Assembly (NCBI GenBank): GCA_000092065.1
Contig: CP000586.1
DNA from: Ostreococcus lucimarinus
Lineage: Eukaryota
Direction: 5' to 3' (one strand)
Length of the DNA: 64,000 nt
Below are positions 59,787 through 64,000 of the stretch, piece after piece (position 1 is the first letter of the stretch; each line of letters opens with the position of its first letter). Under the pieces are notes generated by a model. It was given only the letters and a program-made list of their open reading frames with translations. It searched no databases and had not been told where the DNA came from. A program made the position numbers and the translations under genes.

Positions 59787-60632
59787 ATGCTCGCGCGCGG
59801 CGCTTCGGCGGCGGTGCATCGCGCGAGCGCGAAAGGTGCGCGCGACGCGCGCGCGCGACGGGACGATTCGCGCCGCGCGCGACGCGACGACGATTCGATT
59901 CGCCGACGTCCGTTGAGGGTTTCCGCGCGCGACGTCCGACGCGACGGCGGGACGCGCGGCGCGCGGGAGAGACGGCGCGAGGGAGGGACGGCGCGAAGGC
60001 GACGCGCGCGCGCGGCGGGCGACGTCGCGCGCGCGGACGAAGCGCGCGCGAACTCGGAGACTGACGAAGGCGACGCGGCGACAGGGACGCGAACGGGACG
60101 CTCGAGGACGGCGCGTCGAGCGAACGCGAGCGCGAGCGCGACGCGGGACTCGGCGTCGAACGATGAATCGACGACGTCGTCTTTCGTCGCGTTGACTGGA
60201 TTCGTGCGCGCGCGGGAGGTGATGGCGGTGGCGAGCGACGCGGCGCGACGCCAACGCGCGCTCGGCCGGGAGATGGTGAGCGCGAAGTCGACGACGAAGA
60301 TGTCCGCCGTCGCGCCGTTGTTCACGCTCGCGGCGGTGACGATGGTGGACAGGAAAATGATACAGTTAGTGACGCAGTCTGTGGCGTCGTTCATCAAGTT
60401 GTATCTCTTGTTGCTCTTCGTGCGGGTGTTGCTGACGTGGTTTCCAAACGTCAACTGGATGCGCCAGCCGTGGACGATGCTTCGTCAAGTCACCGATCCG
60501 TACCTGAACTTGTTCAGGAACCTGATTCCACCCGTGATGGGGCAGATTGACTTCACGCCCATCCTCGGTTTCATGGTTCTGCAATTCCTCGCGCGCGTCC
60601 TCTCGGCGGATTCCGGGATGGGTAAATTCTAG
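59787..60632 (+). CDS. YLMG: YGGT-family membrane protein (YlmG/Ycf19-like), probably plastid
   Basis: The C-terminal 100 aa match the YGGT signature (LLLLFVRVLLTWFPNVNW..QPW..LRQVTDPYLNLFRNLIPPVMGQIDFTPILGFMVLQFL). The N-terminal 150 aa are Arg/Asp-rich and presequence-like. The start is an ATG, 153 bp from the divergent IGPS ATG. Confidence 0.7.
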   Translation: MLARGASAAVHRASAKGARDARARRDDSRRARRDDDSIRRRPLRVSARDVRRDGGTRGARERRREGGTARRRRARAAGDVARADEARANSETDEGDAATGTRTGRSRTARRANASASATRDSASNDESTTSSFVALTGFVRAREVMAVASDAARRQRALGREMVSAKSTTKMSAVAPLFTLAAVTMVDRKMIQLVTQSVASFIKLYLLLLFVRVLLTWFPNVNWMRQPWTMLRQVTDPYLNLFRNLIPPVMGQIDFTPILGFMVLQFLARVLSADSGMGKF

Positions 60633-60743
60633 TACGCTCGTGATGTAACGAAGAAGGCTCGTATTTTTGACTGGACGAGACGTTCGCGCGGTTGAACAAT
60701 TTCGATGCGTGCGTGAAATGAATCGTGTATTGTACAGAATGTT

Positions 60744-62888
60744 CTAAACCCCGTCGACGTCGCCGTCGTCGTCGTACTCGAGAATGTTATACTTTCGCTG
60801 CGACGCCTTCAAAGCCCAGTGGCGGTGCGCCAACCAGGCGCCGATGGCGAGCGTCGCGCACACGAACGTCGCCATGACGTACGTCGTGTCTCGCCACGTG
60901 CGCAAATCATCCGTCAGATGCGCGAGCTTTCCCGCCAGCGACGACAGATCGTCATCGCTCTCGATTCGATCGCGAACGATGAAGAAGGCGTCGAGCACGC
61001 CGCCATCCGCGCTGGCGTCTTGATATTCGCCGTACAAGTGCGTGCGATTGAACGCGGTGAGCCGAACGTAGCCGTACTCATAGAGCTCCTTCTCCATAAA
61101 CGATGCGCCGATCGCGTTTTTCGTGTGAGGTGCGCCGCCTGTGCCGACGAGTACGCTCACTGGTGCGCCGCCGGGATGGGAATACGTCGCCACGCCGTCA
61201 ACGAGTCTACTAAACGCCGCGCACCCTTCGTCCGCGGAGACATTGAACGAGGTCGATCCTCTCCACGCGCACGAGCGCTGGTAGGCATGATTGTGTCCCC
61301 AAAACACCGCGTTGACATCGTACTCGACCAACAGCGGCCAGACGTGCGTTTGGATCTCTCGCATTACGCTCAAGTCACTCGGGTTTTTCATCCCTGGTTT
61401 CGTCTCGCGATCTTCGGGACCGTCGGTGCTGTCGACCAAACCCGGTCGGTGTCCGCCGAGCACGACCCACGGCGTCTTTGCGCGATCGATGCTCGAAAGT
61501 TCGCGCTTGAGCCACTCGCCTTGCGCCGAAGCGGGCGAAAAGTTGACTTCGGTATTCATCGACACGACGCGAATCGATCCGAAAGTCACCGCGAACCAAT
61601 CGGCGTCTGGGCCGGCGCGAGGCGTAGGGTACAAGCGCGTCGCCGGCACCGCGCATTCGCCGCCGCTGTCGTCGACGCCGTACTCGTCCGCAACGCGAGA
61701 CTCTGGCCAATTCGAGCTGTCAGCTTCGTGGTTGCCGAGATTGGAGATGAACGGCACGCGAGACGCCCACGGCGTGATTTGTGCCGCCCATTCGTCCCAA
61801 ACGCTGGCGTATCCCGTGGCGTAGGACAAGTCGCCGAAGAGAAACACGGCGTCGATGGCATCATCGCGCGCGTCGCGCTCCAAGGCGGCGCTGACGTTGA
61901 GCGAAGGTTGACCGTACGCGCGCCACGTTTCGGCGTCGTCGTTCGATCCACGACCCATATCCGCGAACAACGCGAGCGTTGTCTTCGCATCTTTGCTTTC
62001 TGCCGGAGGCATGCGCATCGTGAACCGATCGCTCTCGCCGTGAGCGTCGCGCGCGAAGTACTCGATCGAGTCGCCTGGGCGCGCTACGATGGCCGCGGTG
62101 TGCACGTACCCCGGATGTCTGTATCCAAAACTGTTCGCCGGCGCCCCGCACAAATCGCGCGCGTCGTACGTCGTCGTCGTCGCCGGAACGTGCGCGTACG
62201 CGCCGTTACCCACGCGATACGTCAATCGCGCGCCGTGACTGGCGTTTCGTCCGCTTTGCCACGTCACGCGAGCCGACGCGCCGCGTTCGGTCGTCGATCC
62301 CCCCCAACCCGTCGGGAGCGTCACCCGCGGCCACACCGGCGCCAGTGCGTCCTCGACGTGAACCGGCGCGCTCCTCGCCACCTCCATCATAGTCGTCGCG
62401 TTCGGCGCGTTCGCGAACAATACGAAATCGTACGTCGCCGCGCGATGCGTCAACGTCTCAAACACCACGCTCGCCGACCCCGTCGTCGCGTAACCGTCCA
62501 CGCGTCCCAACACCGCGTATTTTACCGGCGCCGTCTTCGTCGGGTCCGCGCCCGCCGGCGAGTACGCTCCGATCCAATGCTCCGCGAACGTCGCGTTCGC
62601 CGTCGCCGTCGTCGAAACCGTCGCGCGAACGCGTCCGCCCGACCGCGTCGTCGTCGCGTTCGTCGTCAGCGTGAATCCGAGATCGGTCGACGATAACACC
62701 CTCGACCGGGCGACGATTCGACGCCCGTCTATGCGCCAGAGCGCGTTGTGCGCGGCGCGTTCGAGCGCTCGCGCGTCGACATCAAAGAAGGAAGATTTCG
62801 AAACGTCACGCGCGTCGAGCGCGCCGCTCGCGCCGTGGACGACGCAGAGGAAGATTACGAAGGCGACGATGCGGGTCGCGCGCGCCAT
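60744..62888 (-). CDS. Purple acid phosphatase (metallophosphoesterase) with signal peptide, N-terminal FN3-like domain and C-terminal transmembrane anchor (AtPAP2-like)
   Basis: PAP metal-ligand blocks (GDLSY, GNHE, VLGGHRP, WGHNHAYQR). The signal peptide MARATRIVAFVIFLCVVHGASG starts at the ATG at 62886-62888 (minus strand). The C-terminal hydrophobic helix is VMATFVCATLAIGAWLAHRHW, followed by an acidic tail. The track start at 63092 is upstream of the signal peptide. Confidence 0.85.
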   Translation of the reverse strand: MARATRIVAFVIFLCVVHGASGALDARDVSKSSFFDVDARALERAAHNALWRIDGRRIVARSRVLSSTDLGFTLTTNATTTRSGGRVRATVSTTATANATFAEHWIGAYSPAGADPTKTAPVKYAVLGRVDGYATTGSASVVFETLTHRAATYDFVLFANAPNATTMMEVARSAPVHVEDALAPVWPRVTLPTGWGGSTTERGASARVTWQSGRNASHGARLTYRVGNGAYAHVPATTTTYDARDLCGAPANSFGYRHPGYVHTAAIVARPGDSIEYFARDAHGESDRFTMRMPPAESKDAKTTLALFADMGRGSNDDAETWRAYGQPSLNVSAALERDARDDAIDAVFLFGDLSYATGYASVWDEWAAQITPWASRVPFISNLGNHEADSSNWPESRVADEYGVDDSGGECAVPATRLYPTPRAGPDADWFAVTFGSIRVVSMNTEVNFSPASAQGEWLKRELSSIDRAKTPWVVLGGHRPGLVDSTDGPEDRETKPGMKNPSDLSVMREIQTHVWPLLVEYDVNAVFWGHNHAYQRSCAWRGSTSFNVSADEGCAAFSRLVDGVATYSHPGGAPVSVLVGTGGAPHTKNAIGASFMEKELYEYGYVRLTAFNRTHLYGEYQDASADGGVLDAFFIVRDRIESDDDLSSLAGKLAHLTDDLRTWRDTTYVMATFVCATLAIGAWLAHRHWALKASQRKYNILEYDDDGDVDGV

Positions 62889-63117
62889 CGGCGGCGCGCG
62901 CGGCGCGGCGTCGACGAATAAAGTCACGAGACGCCGCAGACGCGAGCCGCGCCGACGACGAGTCGCGGCGAGCGAGCGAGCGACGTAAACGCGTTCGTTT
63001 GGGTTGAAATAAAAAATACTGTAATCAGCGCTGACTAGATCAGGCGTAATCCGCGAGCGAGCGATGTCAGGGTACAAGAACAACAACAACAACAGACGGT
63101 GAGGTTGGTCGGTTTGA

Positions 63118-64000
63118 TCACGCGGCGAGGAGCTCGGTGCGCTCGGCGCAACGGCGCCAGACGTCGGCGGCGACGCCGGATTCGGCGTTCGGGGACGTCG
63201 CGCGCGCGAGTCTGGCCGTGGATAGTAAAGGTTTGATCGGCACCGACGGGCGCTTCAAGAAATCCACCGCTTCGCGCGCGGCGGATTCGTCCTTGAAGGC
63301 GCCGGTGGAGAGCAACACGCTCGACGCTTGCTCGAGCGAAAGCGCGGGAATTTCCACGGCGGCGTCGATGACGCCGCCGGCGCCGAGACCGAGACGTTTG
63401 AGCGTCTTTGGTGACGACGTCGTGAGCATCACGAGCAAGTGTCGGCCTGGAGGTGGCTTACGCTGTAGCAAAGCGCTGAGCGTCGCGAGCGCCTTCGGGT
63501 GCGCGACGTTGAGAGACTCGCTTCCATCCGCCGGGGCGACGCCGACGAGCGTCTCCACGGAGTCGACGACCAAGCAACTCAGCGTAGACTTGAGCGCATC
63601 TTCGAACGAGGCCTTGAGCGCGGCGGTGAGCACGTCGTCTGTGGAGCCGGAACCACCCGGCGCGTTGGCGATGACGGTGTCCGGCTTGACTACTTTGACG
63701 TACGGGAACTCGCTCGCCAACGCCACCGTGGCGGCGAGCGCGGTCTTCCCGCTCCCCGTGGGTCCACTGACCATGCACGTCATGTGATCGGTCGCGCCGT
63801 CCTGTAACGCCTTGACGAACGACTTCAATTGATTTTCTGCGACGACGTGCTCCGATTGCGATTCGAGCGTAACGTACCCATCCGGGCGCATCGCTTCGAG
63901 TGTCGCGGCGTCGGCGCCCATCGCCGGCGGCACTTCCTCGAGTGCGTTCAGGAAGTCCTCCATGAGCACTACCGGCGCTTCCGCGCTCTCTGCTTGGTCG
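63118..64000 (-). CDS. NSF: N-ethylmaleimide-sensitive factor (NSF) AAA ATPase, C-terminal D2 part; the 5' end lies beyond the window
   Basis: The frame is open to the window edge. It matches the NSF D2 domain (EDFLNALEEVPPAMG, MVSGPTGSGKTALAATVALASEFPYVKVVKPD, LSCLVVDSVETL, PPPGRHLLVMLTTS). Confidence 0.85.
   Translation of the reverse strand, partial: DQAESAEAPVVLMEDFLNALEEVPPAMGADAATLEAMRPDGYVTLESQSEHVVAENQLKSFVKALQDGATDHMTCMVSGPTGSGKTALAATVALASEFPYVKVVKPDTVIANAPGGSGSTDDVLTAALKASFEDALKSTLSCLVVDSVETLVGVAPADGSESLNVAHPKALATLSALLQRKPPPGRHLLVMLTTSSPKTLKRLGLGAGGVIDAAVEIPALSLEQASSVLLSTGAFKDESAAREAVDFLKRPSVPIKPLLSTARLARATSPNAESGVAADVWRRCAERTELLAA

Noticed and set aside
1-64000. Prokaryotic-style features (operons, CRISPR arrays, phage or integron modules), tRNA/rRNA genes, and transposon termini
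   Set aside because: The gene content is unambiguously eukaryotic (proteasome, eIF2/eIF3, XRN, NSF, SLY1, CDPK, spliceosomal introns). I see no direct-repeat/spacer arrays, no tRNA-like cloverleaf candidates, and no inverted terminal repeats or reverse-transcriptase or transposase ORFs.

Overview
This is a eukaryotic nuclear window that is very GC-rich and extremely gene-dense. I can support about 40 protein-coding genes in 64 kb, spread over both strands, with intergenic spacers mostly under 400 bp and several head-to-head pairs whose start codons lie only about 90-340 bp apart. I found no prokaryotic features (no operons, CRISPR arrays, rRNA or tRNA genes) and no transposon-like elements.

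Most genes are single-exon. I could reconstruct four spliceosomal introns by hand, in the RPN8, GSH1 and RPL7A genes and in one hypothetical gene. All four share a GC-rich donor (GTGCG...), a GGACTGAC branch-like motif 15-29 nt upstream of a YAG acceptor, and lengths of 150-425 bp.

The gene content is housekeeping plus plastid or plant-type functions: FGAM synthase, TatD, DDX54-like helicase, RPN8, XRN exoribonuclease, threonine-synthase-like, CDPK, PMS1/MutL, NOB1, eIF2-gamma, a BASS transporter, SNM1/Artemis, RPT5, eIF3g, plant-type glutamate-cysteine ligase, SNU13, MnmE/GTPBP3, PIF1, RPL7A, a bromodomain protein, SLY1, IGPS, YGGT, a PAP2-like purple acid phosphatase and NSF. Together with a CaS-like rhodanese protein and BASS, this points to a compact green-lineage picoalga-type genome. 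That lineage call is an inference, not a verified fact.

The supplied ORF track has two recurring problems here. It often initiates ORFs at non-ATG codons (GTG, TTG), so I re-derived most starts to the first in-frame ATG that makes sense. And because GC-rich sequence rarely contains stop codons, many long arginine/alanine-rich antisense or out-of-frame ORFs appear that are almost certainly artefacts.

I did not find a self-contained novel 'system'. The most interesting observations are the consistent intron signal set, the ATG-only first exon of RPL7A, a RanBP2-like zinc finger inserted in the XRN gene, C-terminal membrane-anchor extensions on the threonine-synthase-like and purple acid phosphatase genes, a palindromic CCATGG shared by two divergent start codons, and coding tandem repeats.
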